Made by a program: the position numbers and the translations under genes. A stretch of 64,000 nucleotides of DNA from Histomonas meleagridis 2922-C6/04-290x (Eukaryota > Protista > Parabasalia): assembly GCA_020184695.1 (NCBI GenBank), contig JAANOX010000116.1, positions 76,750 to 140,749 of the forward strand, read 5' to 3'. A model generated the notes under the pieces. The model was not told where the DNA came from. It was given only the letters and a program-made list of their open reading frames with translations, and ran no database searches. Positions within the stretch are counted from its first letter, which is position 1; each line of letters starts with the position of its first letter. Below, in pieces: positions 32,538 through 42,031 of the stretch.

Positions 32538-33725
32538 ATGTCTCATCGTAAGTACAGTGCTCCACGTCGTGGTTCTCTTGGTTTTCTTCCACGTGGTCGC
32601 GCCTCCCATGTTCGTGGAAGGATAAGGTCATGGCCAAAAGATGATCAATCCAAGCCACCACAACTTCAAGCATTCCTTGGTTATAAAGCTGGTATGACAC
32701 ACGTTGTTCGTGAAGTTGTTCGTGCTGGGTCCCGTCTTAACAAGAAGGAAGCTGTTGAACCAGTTACACTCATCGAAACACCACCAATGGTTGTTGTTGG
32801 TCTCATCGGTTATAAAGAAACAGTCCATGGTCTGAAGCCAGTTACTACTGCCTGGGCTAGCTTTGTTGGTGAAGAAATGAAGCGTTGCTATTACAAGAAT
32901 TGGGCTCAATCCAAGCAAAAGAAGGCCTTCGGTAAACTCGATAAGAAGGCTGATGACATGAAGAAACGTATCCAAGACATCAAGGAACAATCCTCAGTTG
33001 TTCGTGTTATCGCTCACACCCAACCAAAACTTGTCAAACTTGGTTCCCGTAAAGCCGAACTCATCGAAATCCAAATCAACGGTGGTGATGTTGCCGCTAA
33101 AGTTGACTATGCAGTCAAGCTCCTTGAAAAGACAATCAATGTCGGAAACGTTTTCGCAGAAGGTGAACAAATCGATCTCATCTCCGTTGGCAAAGGCCGT
33201 GGTTGGGAAGGTGTTATCCATCGTTTTGGTGGCAAGCGTCTTCAAAAGAAGACCCATCGTGGTCGTAGGAAGGTTGCCTGTATTGGCCCATGGCATCCAA
33301 TGAGAGTCCTTTGGACCATTGCACGTGCAGGTAACAATGGTTTCCACCACAGAACCGAAATGAACAAGAGAATCTACAAGCTCCAACTCGTCGAAGGCGG
33401 AAAACTTGATGAAAGTGGTTCAACTGAATATGATATCTCCAAGAAGTCAATCAACCCAATGGGTGGCTTCGCTCATTATGGTAACATCACAAACGATTTC
33501 GTTATGATCAAAGGATCTGTTTGCGGTGCTGTAAAGAGAACCATTACACTCAGAAAGACAATCAACGCTAACACAAAGAGAATCGCAACAGAAGATATCA
33601 ACCTCAAATGGATCGATACTGCATCCAAGTTCGGCCATGGAAGATTCCAAACAAAGGAAGAACGCAACAAGTTCCTCGGAAAGCTCAAGCTCTCAAAGGT
33701 CGCTGCTGAACAAAAGAAGGAATAA
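32538..33725 (+). CDS. RPL3: 60S ribosomal protein L3 (uL3)
   Basis: MSHRKYSAPRRGSLGFLP, GYKAGMTH, RKVACIGPWHP, KFGHGRFQT. True ATG is at 32538. Confidence 0.98.
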   Translation: MSHRKYSAPRRGSLGFLPRGRASHVRGRIRSWPKDDQSKPPQLQAFLGYKAGMTHVVREVVRAGSRLNKKEAVEPVTLIETPPMVVVGLIGYKETVHGLKPVTTAWASFVGEEMKRCYYKNWAQSKQKKAFGKLDKKADDMKKRIQDIKEQSSVVRVIAHTQPKLVKLGSRKAELIEIQINGGDVAAKVDYAVKLLEKTINVGNVFAEGEQIDLISVGKGRGWEGVIHRFGGKRLQKKTHRGRRKVACIGPWHPMRVLWTIARAGNNGFHHRTEMNKRIYKLQLVEGGKLDESGSTEYDISKKSINPMGGFAHYGNITNDFVMIKGSVCGAVKRTITLRKTINANTKRIATEDINLKWIDTASKFGHGRFQTKEERNKFLGKLKLSKVAAEQKKE

Positions 33726-34092
33726 ACAACCACAAATTATTAACCGAAATCTTTTCTTAACTTTATTTGAAAGTGTAACGCATAAACGTTCTCTAATATG
33801 TGGAAATGAATTCGTATTGACATCATAACATTTAGTGTGACTTTGTTCCTTACAAGGAAAGCAAAAATTAAATGAAGTTGAGTTACATCTAATTTTTTTG
33901 AATCCAGTTTGAAATCAAAATTTAGATAATTAAATCTCATATCAAATAATCTTAAAACAATTTCAGTTGAAGAATTAACTTCAAGTTAAACAAGAAATTC
34001 ATTACAGCTTCTTTTACTAAAAAAATTTTATGATTCCATTTTTCATAAAAGATTTTCAAAGCTTTGAAGAAACTGTACTGACCAAGCCAATA

Positions 34093-34284
34093 CTAGTTTG
34101 GCGTTTCTGATGATGTGGTACCTTGTTTTTGTTGTAATAATTCCTGAAGCATTTTGACTTGTTCCCACCTACTTTTAGAATTAATAACGTCAGCAGATAC
34201 TCCAATTTCTAACAATCTTTCTTTTAATTCAGCAAGAGTTAACGTACGAAGGTCTCCACCGGTGGAGACAGATCCGGATGACAT
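34093..34284 (-). CDS. 63-aa mini-protein homologous to an internal helical segment of TAF1
   Basis: TGGDLRTLTLAELKERLLEIGVSADVINSKSRWEQV aligns without gaps to TAF1 [36 protein letters not shown] (recalled). Two Inr-like elements (TCATTC, TCATTTT) lie immediately upstream of the ATG. Confidence 0.7.
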   Translation of the reverse strand: MSSGSVSTGGDLRTLTLAELKERLLEIGVSADVINSKSRWEQVKMLQELLQQKQGTTSSETPN

Positions 34285-34544
34285 TTCAAAATGAAAGAAT
34301 GACAGGTGATATAAAAAAGTGCAAAATTTTGAAGTCTGATTTTGCCTTTCACGCGCACACTGCTGATATTCTCTTACTAAAAATATTAAAATGACTGATA
34401 TAACTAAGTCTATTCAATTCTTATTTTTCTTTTTTGCATTATAATTAATAATTGAAATAATTAATTAATTGTTTTTGTAAAGTCAGAAGAAAAATATAGA
34501 ATAAGTTAAATTACAAACAAAAACAAAAATTTACTCAAAAGACC

Positions 34545-35342
34545 TTAGAAATCCTTGTAAAGTTGTTGCATTACTTCGCGTGCAGAAGGTCTTTCCTTTG
34601 GATCTTTCTTGAGCATTCCCATTATTGCTCTTGTAAGTTCGGTTGATACCTTTTTCTCTTCGAGGAGTTTAACATTTGGTTCATTGTATAAAACGTTGAT
34701 ACTGTATTCATATTCATTTCCGCCATCATATGGAAACCTTCCTGTGAGAGTTGCGTATAAGCAAACACCTAATGAGTATATGTCTGACTTGTAAGAGTTT
34801 GAACCAATTCTGATTTGTTCGGGAGCTAAATACATATATGTTCCACGTCTACCGTTAAGAGGGCCACCCTCAACAATTTGTGAAAGACCAAAGTCACAAA
34901 GCATTAATTCATCGCAGTTTTGTTTTGCTTTGAGTATTATATTTTCGAGTTTGATGTCATGATGAATAATTTTGTGAGAGTGCATAAAATCAACGGCCAT
35001 AAAAATATTACGAAATGCTTTCCTGACCTTTGTTTCTTTTAATGGCCCGTTTTTATTAATGAATTCGTTAAGATCAATTGATCCTGGTTCCATAACAATC
35101 ACAAAATGTTTTTTTGTTTTAAATGAATCAAGATACTGAACTACTCCAATAGTGCTACATTGCATGTGGATTTTTACCTCGTTTTGGAATTGTTTTTCAT
35201 TAAATTTATCAAATGGAATTTTTTTTAAAACGACTTCTTTGTTTAAATCTGTGCTCCTACATAAGTAGCATTCTGAATATGCGCCATCCCCAACTTTGCA
35301 AATTTTTTCGTATCTTTTTTCCGATGTATTTGTTCCGTCCAT
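34545..35342 (-). CDS. CAMK-group Ser/Thr protein kinase (non-RD)
   Basis: GDGAYS, VVLK, HHDIKLEN, DFG, GTYMYLAPE, DIYSLG. Confidence 0.9.
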   Translation of the reverse strand: MDGTNTSEKRYEKICKVGDGAYSECYLCRSTDLNKEVVLKKIPFDKFNEKQFQNEVKIHMQCSTIGVVQYLDSFKTKKHFVIVMEPGSIDLNEFINKNGPLKETKVRKAFRNIFMAVDFMHSHKIIHHDIKLENIILKAKQNCDELMLCDFGLSQIVEGGPLNGRRGTYMYLAPEQIRIGSNSYKSDIYSLGVCLYATLTGRFPYDGGNEYEYSINVLYNEPNVKLLEEKKVSTELTRAIMGMLKKDPKERPSAREVMQQLYKDF

Positions 35343-35772
35343 TTTGTGATTTGGCTAAAATTTGCCTTCAAATTTTTGATCCATTTGAAATTTCAAAGGC
35401 CTGTCAAAAGCTGGTACGAAAAGGTTTCAATTCAATTATGAAAAAAATTCTGTATTAATTTTGACGTGATTTTATTTGGTCGGACACTTTTGGTTTTGAA
35501 TGGGAAATTTCTTCCTGTTTAGGAATGGACAATGTTTAACGATTTATAAATCGTACTCAATAATGCGCTGTTCTATTCTTCCACTATGTAAATCTTTTTA
35601 TCCCTTGGTATCAAATTATCATCTAAATTCAAAAAAAAAAATTTCTAATCAAATAAACTCAATTGTGACTACACAGTTAAACAACTTCTAAACTTGGATA
35701 ACATTTTGCTAACAAAAACAAACATACATCAAGCTTTATGATTTCTTTTAAGAACAGAATTTGTATTAAATA

Positions 35773-35896
35773 AAATGTTGGATTGGGCCAGGTGTCTCGC
35801 GATAACGACAATCGGAAACGTTTATCCCACCATTAATTATGTAGAGTGTCTCATGACTTTATACGGAACGTAACGCTAAAGGTAGTAGGCACTCCA
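35773..35896 (-). ncRNA. Candidate box H/ACA snoRNA
   Basis: Two hairpins, with hinge H box ACATAA (35842-35837) 14 nt from the base of the upper stem of hairpin 1, and ACA (35778-35776) directly after hairpin 2. GC-enriched island in an AT-rich intergenic region. Confidence 0.42.
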
Positions 35897-36273
35897 AAAA
35901 TTGGTACGGCCATAACCGAAAAAACCGATATTTGGATTGAATTTTTTTTGTTTGTTTTAGCGTTCACAACACTAATGTTTTAAAAGGTTTTGTAGTTTCA
36001 AGTACTTTTGCTTTAATAACAACTAAAACATTATGTTTTTATGATTTTAAGTTAAGAGTTTAATTGAGTAATTTTAATTCATGGAAGACTTTTCAAGTTT
36101 AAAATAGCTTTAATCATTAAGAACAAATTTTAAATATAAAACTTATTCTTTACGCTTTTATATTATTTTTAAAAATAGTTTTATTTAAAATGTATAATTT
36201 TTGGAATTCGTTTTTTTAAAAAAATCTTTTTATAATGAAGTTTTTTCAAATTGGTTTTTTTTTATGATTTTTA

Positions 36274-37278
36274 ATGATAGAAGTTGAAAAAATAATTGCA
36301 AAGCTATGGGCAATCGAAAATGAGCCAATTAGCATGCCAGCAGGTTTAACAGCTAAAGAAATTAAATGGATTCTTAAGAAAGTTCGAAAAATATTTCTTG
36401 AACAGCCAATTCTTCTTGAGCTTGAACCTCCATTAACGATCTGTGGGGATACTCATGGACAATTTCATGATACTCTCCGCATTTTTAAAACAGGAAAAAT
36501 TCCACCACAAACAAACTATCTTTTTATGGGCGATTATGTTGATAGAGGTGCACAAAGCATTGAGAATGTTTGTCTTATGTTTTGTTATAAGATTCTTTAT
36601 CCAAACAATTTTTACTTACTTCGTGGTAATCATGAATGCTCATACATCAATCGTGTTTATGGTTTCTATGATGATTGCATTTGTCAATTCAGCCTTTCTA
36701 TTTGGAAAAAATTTTGTGATGTATTTAACTGTTTACCAATCGCAGCGATTGTTGCAAAGAAAATTTTTTGCATTCATGGAGGAATATCACCAGATATAAC
36801 AGACCTTGATGATATTAGGAAACTAAAAAGACCTTTAGAAGTGCCTGAAGAAGGATTATTATGTGATTTGTTATGGTCTGATCCTTCACCTTTAGCTGAG
36901 TTCTGGGAACCAAGTGATAGAGGAACAAGTTACTATTTTGGGTTGAAACAAACTGAAGATTTTCTTCATAAGTTTGGCTTCGAACTAATTTGTAGAGGAC
37001 ATCAAGCAGTAATGAATGGATATGATTTCCCTTTTTACCCAAACCAAAGTATTGTAACAGTATTTTCAGCTCCAAATTATTGTTATGAGTTTGAAAATAA
37101 AGGTGCAATGTTGAAAATAGATGAAAATTTGTTTTGCTCTTTCTTAACATTGGAACCAGTTATAGTGGATATAGATATAATAATTGAAAGACCAGGAACT
37201 CCTCCACCCAGAATATGTAACTCACCTGAAAATAAGCTTATTCAAATTTCATGTGAACTAAAAAAATCAAATAATTAA
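36274..37278 (+). CDS. PP1-like Ser/Thr protein phosphatase (PPP family)
   Basis: GDTHGQ, GDYVDRG, RGNHE, RGHQ, SAPNYC; C-terminal RPGTPPPR resembles the PP1 CDK site. Confidence 0.93.
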   Translation: MIEVEKIIAKLWAIENEPISMPAGLTAKEIKWILKKVRKIFLEQPILLELEPPLTICGDTHGQFHDTLRIFKTGKIPPQTNYLFMGDYVDRGAQSIENVCLMFCYKILYPNNFYLLRGNHECSYINRVYGFYDDCICQFSLSIWKKFCDVFNCLPIAAIVAKKIFCIHGGISPDITDLDDIRKLKRPLEVPEEGLLCDLLWSDPSPLAEFWEPSDRGTSYYFGLKQTEDFLHKFGFELICRGHQAVMNGYDFPFYPNQSIVTVFSAPNYCYEFENKGAMLKIDENLFCSFLTLEPVIVDIDIIIERPGTPPPRICNSPENKLIQISCELKKSNN

Positions 37279-37489
37279 AAAATTATTACATCAATTTGAA
37301 AGATTGGATAATTTAATATTATAAAATTATTAAATTAAGTAAACAAGTAAATTTCTAAGTGGTATAAATCCTTTGTGATTTGATTAGAAAATAAACGTAT
37401 TTTTTTGAATGCATAAATAATTGAAAAAGTTGTAATGAATGAATTGTGATATGATATGATTTTGGTCGAAGAGAATCTTTGGGTTCCAC

Positions 37490-38224
37490 ATGAGTTCAAG
37501 CGAGATACAAAGATTTCTGAAAGCATCAAATTATTATGAATCCCTTAAAATATCAAGAGGATTTTCACAAAAAGAATTAAAGGAATCATATTATAAATAT
37601 ATTAAATTGTTTCACCCAGACAAATGCAAAGATCCAAATGGGATTCAAGCGTTTCACCTATTGAAGAAGGCATACGAAACTCTCTCAGATCCTGAAAAGC
37701 GAAGACAATATGATATATCAATTGATCCAAAGTCAAAACCAATAATTGCAGAACCATATCAACATACTCACATTCTCAATCCAGCATCATTTGAACAATT
37801 CTTCCAAAAGAGTAAAAAGCCAAAAAAGCAGCCAACAAAAAGTCGCGTTTCAATCTTAATTTCGATGATTATTTTACTCATAATCATTTTGTTTTTCGCA
37901 AGTGCAGAACCAAACAAAACCAAGTTAGCTAAGAAGGAAATCGAAAAGAATATACGTTTTGGAAGTGGCGGATATTTTGATTCAAAATTTGTTAGTAAGA
38001 ACTATAATCAACAATTTTATGTGAGTAACGAATTTATTGAAAAACAACAATTTACAAGTGATGCTGATGAAAACAAATTTATTGATTATCTTACAAAAGT
38101 TGCTGATGGTATGTACATTGAAGACTTGAAGAAAAAATGTAAAGAAGAAAGAAGACAGTATAGTAACATTAATTTTAGGAAAAGCTGTAAAAAACTTGAT
38201 TCTTTATCCATTCGACATGAATAA
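37490..38224 (+). CDS. DnaJ protein with TM segment and DUF1977-like tail (DNAJB12/14-like)
   Basis: J-domain with HPD, KAYETLSDPEKRRQYD; TM ILISMIILLIIILFF; C-terminal Cys pair (KKKCKEE...KSCKKL). Confidence 0.8.
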   Translation: MSSSEIQRFLKASNYYESLKISRGFSQKELKESYYKYIKLFHPDKCKDPNGIQAFHLLKKAYETLSDPEKRRQYDISIDPKSKPIIAEPYQHTHILNPASFEQFFQKSKKPKKQPTKSRVSILISMIILLIIILFFASAEPNKTKLAKKEIEKNIRFGSGGYFDSKFVSKNYNQQFYVSNEFIEKQQFTSDADENKFIDYLTKVADGMYIEDLKKKCKEERRQYSNINFRKSCKKLDSLSIRHE

Positions 38225-38371
38225 ATATGTATAGATTTAATAAATATTTTGTTTATAAAAGTTGTTCTCCATTTTATAGAATAATGAGCTTCTTTAAATA
38301 ATGATTAATTCATAAAAGGGAATTTTAAGTTTAGTTTAAATTGAAAGTGTTTGTTCGAATAAAAAATACAA

Positions 38372-39424
38372 ATTGACCCTTTATTAACGAAAAGCGCCCC
38401 CCAAACATCTTTAAAAAAGTTTAGTAAGACAGATCAACCAGCTTTTGCACAATCACTAAAGACAGTTGATGATCCATTAAGTAGGTTTCCATTTGACTTT
38501 AGCTCAAAAATTTCTAACGAATATGATAAAGAACCTAAAAAATTAGTTTCTCCGATTACTGTTCCGGGTTACAAAGTTGTTCGATGCATTGGTTCTGGTG
38601 CAGAGTCAGATGTTTTTGAAGTTATTCAATATTCTGGTACAGAAATGGAAGCAAAGTCATATGCCTTAAAACGATATAAAAAAGGTGTGTTTCCTGAAGG
38701 TAGTTTACCACATGAATTTATTATAAGCAAAATGCTTAATCATCCAAATTGCATACAATTCCATGATAATTTTACAATTGACAATTATCACATATTGATT
38801 ATGCCTCTTTCCAAAGCCGGTTCTTTTCAACCACCTAAAGATCCAGAACATCCAATTCCATTAATATCCATTTTTATGGCCATATCATTAATTAAGCAAA
38901 TTTCATCAGCACTTAACCACATGCATAAGCAAGGCATTGTCCACCGAGATATCAAGCCACAAAACATTCTCATATTTAAAGGTTTATTTCAATTATGCGA
39001 TTATTCAGTATCGCAAAAACTGAAAAGAGAAGACGAGAAAATCGGAGGAGCGATTGGCTCTTATCCTTTTATGGCTCCTGAGATCTTTAGTGGCCTTCCA
39101 TATGATCCGAAATCTGCTGACATTTGGTCATTTGGCATCACAGTGTACTCTTTGATATTCGGAACTTATCCGTTTCATATTAACGAAGCGATTGCGTCAA
39201 ATGAACAACAAAATAAAACATTGGAAAAATTCATTTTGGGATTTCCGCTTTTGTTTCCGAAAAATCCTCATTTGCCAAAAGAATTGAAAATAATAATTTC
39301 GGAAATGTTGGAAATTGACCCGAAGAAAAGGATTCAAGCAAAAGCAATCGAGAATAATGAATGGATAAATGAACAAATCGATGAAAACAATTCAATTTTC
39401 GAGAATATATTTAAAGAAATATAA
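38372..39424 (+). CDS. Ser/Thr protein kinase (CAMK-like); frame extends upstream of the first ATG (38645)
   Basis: The Gly-loop IGSGAESDV at ~38588-38614 is in frame upstream of ATG 38645. HRDIKPQN, DYS, GSYPFMAPE. The frame is open back to TAA at 38360-38362 with no ATG; the start given (ATT 38372) is tentative. Confidence 0.75.
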   Translation: MDPLLTKSAPQTSLKKFSKTDQPAFAQSLKTVDDPLSRFPFDFSSKISNEYDKEPKKLVSPITVPGYKVVRCIGSGAESDVFEVIQYSGTEMEAKSYALKRYKKGVFPEGSLPHEFIISKMLNHPNCIQFHDNFTIDNYHILIMPLSKAGSFQPPKDPEHPIPLISIFMAISLIKQISSALNHMHKQGIVHRDIKPQNILIFKGLFQLCDYSVSQKLKREDEKIGGAIGSYPFMAPEIFSGLPYDPKSADIWSFGITVYSLIFGTYPFHINEAIASNEQQNKTLEKFILGFPLLFPKNPHLPKELKIIISEMLEIDPKKRIQAKAIENNEWINEQIDENNSIFENIFKEI

Positions 39425-39802
39425 TGCATATAAATTTGCTTTAAATTTTTTTTTAATTTGTAAATTATTTAACAATGATTTTGCATTCGTTTCTGGTGAA
39501 ATAGAATTTCTTCATCTTGTGATTCATGAAATGTGATAATCATTAATGCAAGTAAAAAGATCAAAATGACATATGAAATTTTTATCTCTCATAAAGATTA
39601 ATGTCTTTATTTTGATATAAGATTATCTTGAATTTTATATTTCAATAAACAATGGATTTAAGATAAAATTATTTAATTTGTAAATATTTGAATATGATTG
39701 AAAGAAGAAAGAAGTCAATGATAATAATTTAGGCATCAATCATTTCAATCTTGAATTTCAAGATTAATATTGCGTATATAAAGTTTTTGCGATTTTGAAA
39801 TT

Positions 39803-39852
39803 AACGGTTTCATGTGCAACGACCGTTTATTTTCGGTTTTGGTCCTTCCTTT
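39803..39852 (+). promoter_or_regulatory. M3 and M5 core promoter of RPS11
   Basis: AACGGTTT at 39803, GACCGTTT at 39821, and CCTTT at 39848-39852 just before the ATG. Confidence 0.6.
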
Positions 39853-39854
39853 AG

Positions 39855-40322
39855 ATGTCTGACATCCAAACCGAGCGCGCTTTCCAAAAGCAAAAACAAA
39901 TTTGCCTTGCATCAAAGAAGTACCGCGGTTCCGATAAAAAACCACGCTATACAAAGAACATCGGCCTTGGAATTAAAACACCAAAGACTGCAATTGAAGG
40001 AACATATATTGACCATAAGTGCCCATTCACAAGCGACGTCTCAATCCGTGGTCGTGTAATGCGTGGAATCGTTGTTTCAACTAAGATGAAGAGAACAGTT
40101 ATCGTTCGTCGTGATTATCTCCAATACATTCGTAAGTACAAACGTTTTGAAAAGCGTCACACAAAGATCCCAGCTCACTGTAGCCCATGCTTCATTGTTA
40201 AGGAAGGCGATATTGTTCAAATTGGTGAATGCCGTCCACTCTCAAAGACAGTTCACTTCAATGTCATCTCTGTCAAACCATGCGCTGTCGGTGCTGACAA
40301 GAAGCAATTCAGGGTCTTCTAA
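39855..40322 (+). CDS. RPS11: 40S ribosomal protein S11 (uS17)
   Basis: [43 protein letters not shown]. Confidence 0.98.
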   Translation: MSDIQTERAFQKQKQICLASKKYRGSDKKPRYTKNIGLGIKTPKTAIEGTYIDHKCPFTSDVSIRGRVMRGIVVSTKMKRTVIVRRDYLQYIRKYKRFEKRHTKIPAHCSPCFIVKEGDIVQIGECRPLSKTVHFNVISVKPCAVGADKKQFRVF

Positions 40323-40464
40323 ACAATTAAAATAATTGATTTATTTAATCAAAATTTTGAATTGACTCACTCTAAGTTTTTTATATCAAAATAAACTATT
40401 GTCTCCCTAATTGGAAACATCTTCAAGTAATGAAAGTCTGGTTCAAAACATGCTTTTTTTTAAA

Positions 40465-41111
40465 ATAAAAGTGACCATAAATTCATAGTTTATTTGGTCA
40501 GTTAATCTATTTAACGGTCATCCAAGATTTTTAAAAATTTAAAAATGTTTACTCTTTTTGATGGAATTATTCATAAAATTATTGATAGTCGAACTAAAAA
40601 CGACAGTTTTAATCTTAGGTATTGATGGATCAGGTAAAACTACACTTAAAGAAGTTCTATGTAAACACGCAAACCCAACACGAAAACCTAAAAATATTTC
40701 CAACATATGGACTTAATACAGAGACCATTAAAGAAGGGAATATAATGATTCGAATTTGGGATCTCAGTGGACGCCAAAATTTTCGAAGTCTTTGGGAAGA
40801 TTATTATCGAAGTTGTGATTTAGTTCTTTATTTAGTTAATGGACATCAAATTGAACGTATTCATGAGACACGTAAAATATTTGATGAACTTTTATGTCGT
40901 TCAGCGACAGCAACAACAACAACAACAGAAACATCAACAACAACATCAACAATGAAACCAATGATTGTGCTTTTATTTAATCAATGTGAGAATGATATTG
41001 TTGATATCTTTCCGAGTTCAGAACGTGTTCCAACATTTTTTATTGATTTAGAGAAACATCAAAATATTTCAGAATTATATGAATATATCAAATCTACTTC
41101 ACACTATTAAT
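40465..41111 (+). repeat. Direct duplicate of 43422-44075 (promoter plus ARL CDS)
   Basis: Near-identical ~650-bp segment at an offset of ~2957 bp; differs by a few SNPs, two A-run lengths and the (ACA)n tract. Confidence 0.95.
40545..41110 (+). pseudogene. Frameshifted copy of the ARFRP1-like GTPase
   Basis: A5 at 40596-40600 and A5 at 40690-40694, versus A7 at both sites in the intact copy. Confidence 0.75.
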
Positions 41112-41189
41112 TTATATAAGCATATGTGGATATAAATATATTTTTGTTTAATAAACCATAAATTTTATTTTTTATTATTAATGGTAAAA

Positions 41190-41700
41190 AAATTTATTTA
41201 CTCGTAAATTATGAATATTTTTAGCATTAATATCAATTCCTAATTGTTCAAGAAGAAATTTATCTATTTGTATTATAAAAATAAAAGTGGTATATAAAAT
41301 AATTTGAAACATAAAACCATCAAAACAAATTTTAATAAAACAAATCAATATCTTTAGCATTAATATCAATTCCTTCTTGTTTAAGAAGTAATTTAAATAT
41401 TTCTATATGACCATTTTGAGATGCAAGCATAAGTGCTGTTTCAAAGTAATATATGCTTAAGAAGGAGTTTGACTATTTCTGTATAACCATTATTAAATGC
41501 ATTCATAAGTGATGCATTAATTATTTTTTAGAAATTCCATGCATTGTATTGAAACATCAAATTAAAAAAAATAAACTATAAGAAAAAGATTGAAATGTCT
41601 TAATCATTAAAATTAATACCTTTTGATCAATAAGAACCTTTGCAACTTCATTAGAATGAAGTACTGTTTTAAAAATATTTGATGAACTTCAAAAAGATAA
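41190..41700 (-). pseudogene. Decayed ankyrin-repeat relic of the same family as 17450-19300
   Basis: Fragments NAFNNGYTEIVKLLL, FETALMLASQNGHIEIFKLLLKQEGIDINAKDI, LGIDINAKNI and KTVLHSNEVAKVLIDQK, broken by stops and frameshifts. Confidence 0.75.
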
Positions 41701-42031
41701 ATAAAACACCAATCATTTAATAAAACCATATTTTTCATTGAGATTAAAGATAAGTGAGATCCTCAAGCGATTATTAATTTTATTAACAAATCATAAAAAT
41801 CAAACTACCTTATGTTTATATCATTATTCTTGTTTCAAATGTTTTTTCTTTTATTTTCTTTACACTTCCTTTTCTTGTATATTTAAAAAAAAATAGTATA
41901 TAAACATTTGTTTTCAAATCATGATTCTTAACACATCAAATGAAATTATTTTATGAAAATCCAAAAATCACTTTTATATGTTTAAAAAAATTTGAAAATT
42001 AAATAATTTTTATTTATAAAATATATTTAAG

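Noticed and set aside
32628-33733. Several long antisense ORFs over RPL3, and similar ones over RPS5, RPS11, RPL36A, the C2 gene, ABC, TFIIE-beta and the Pmp-like gene
   Set aside because: Shadow ORFs produced by the biased codon usage of the real genes.
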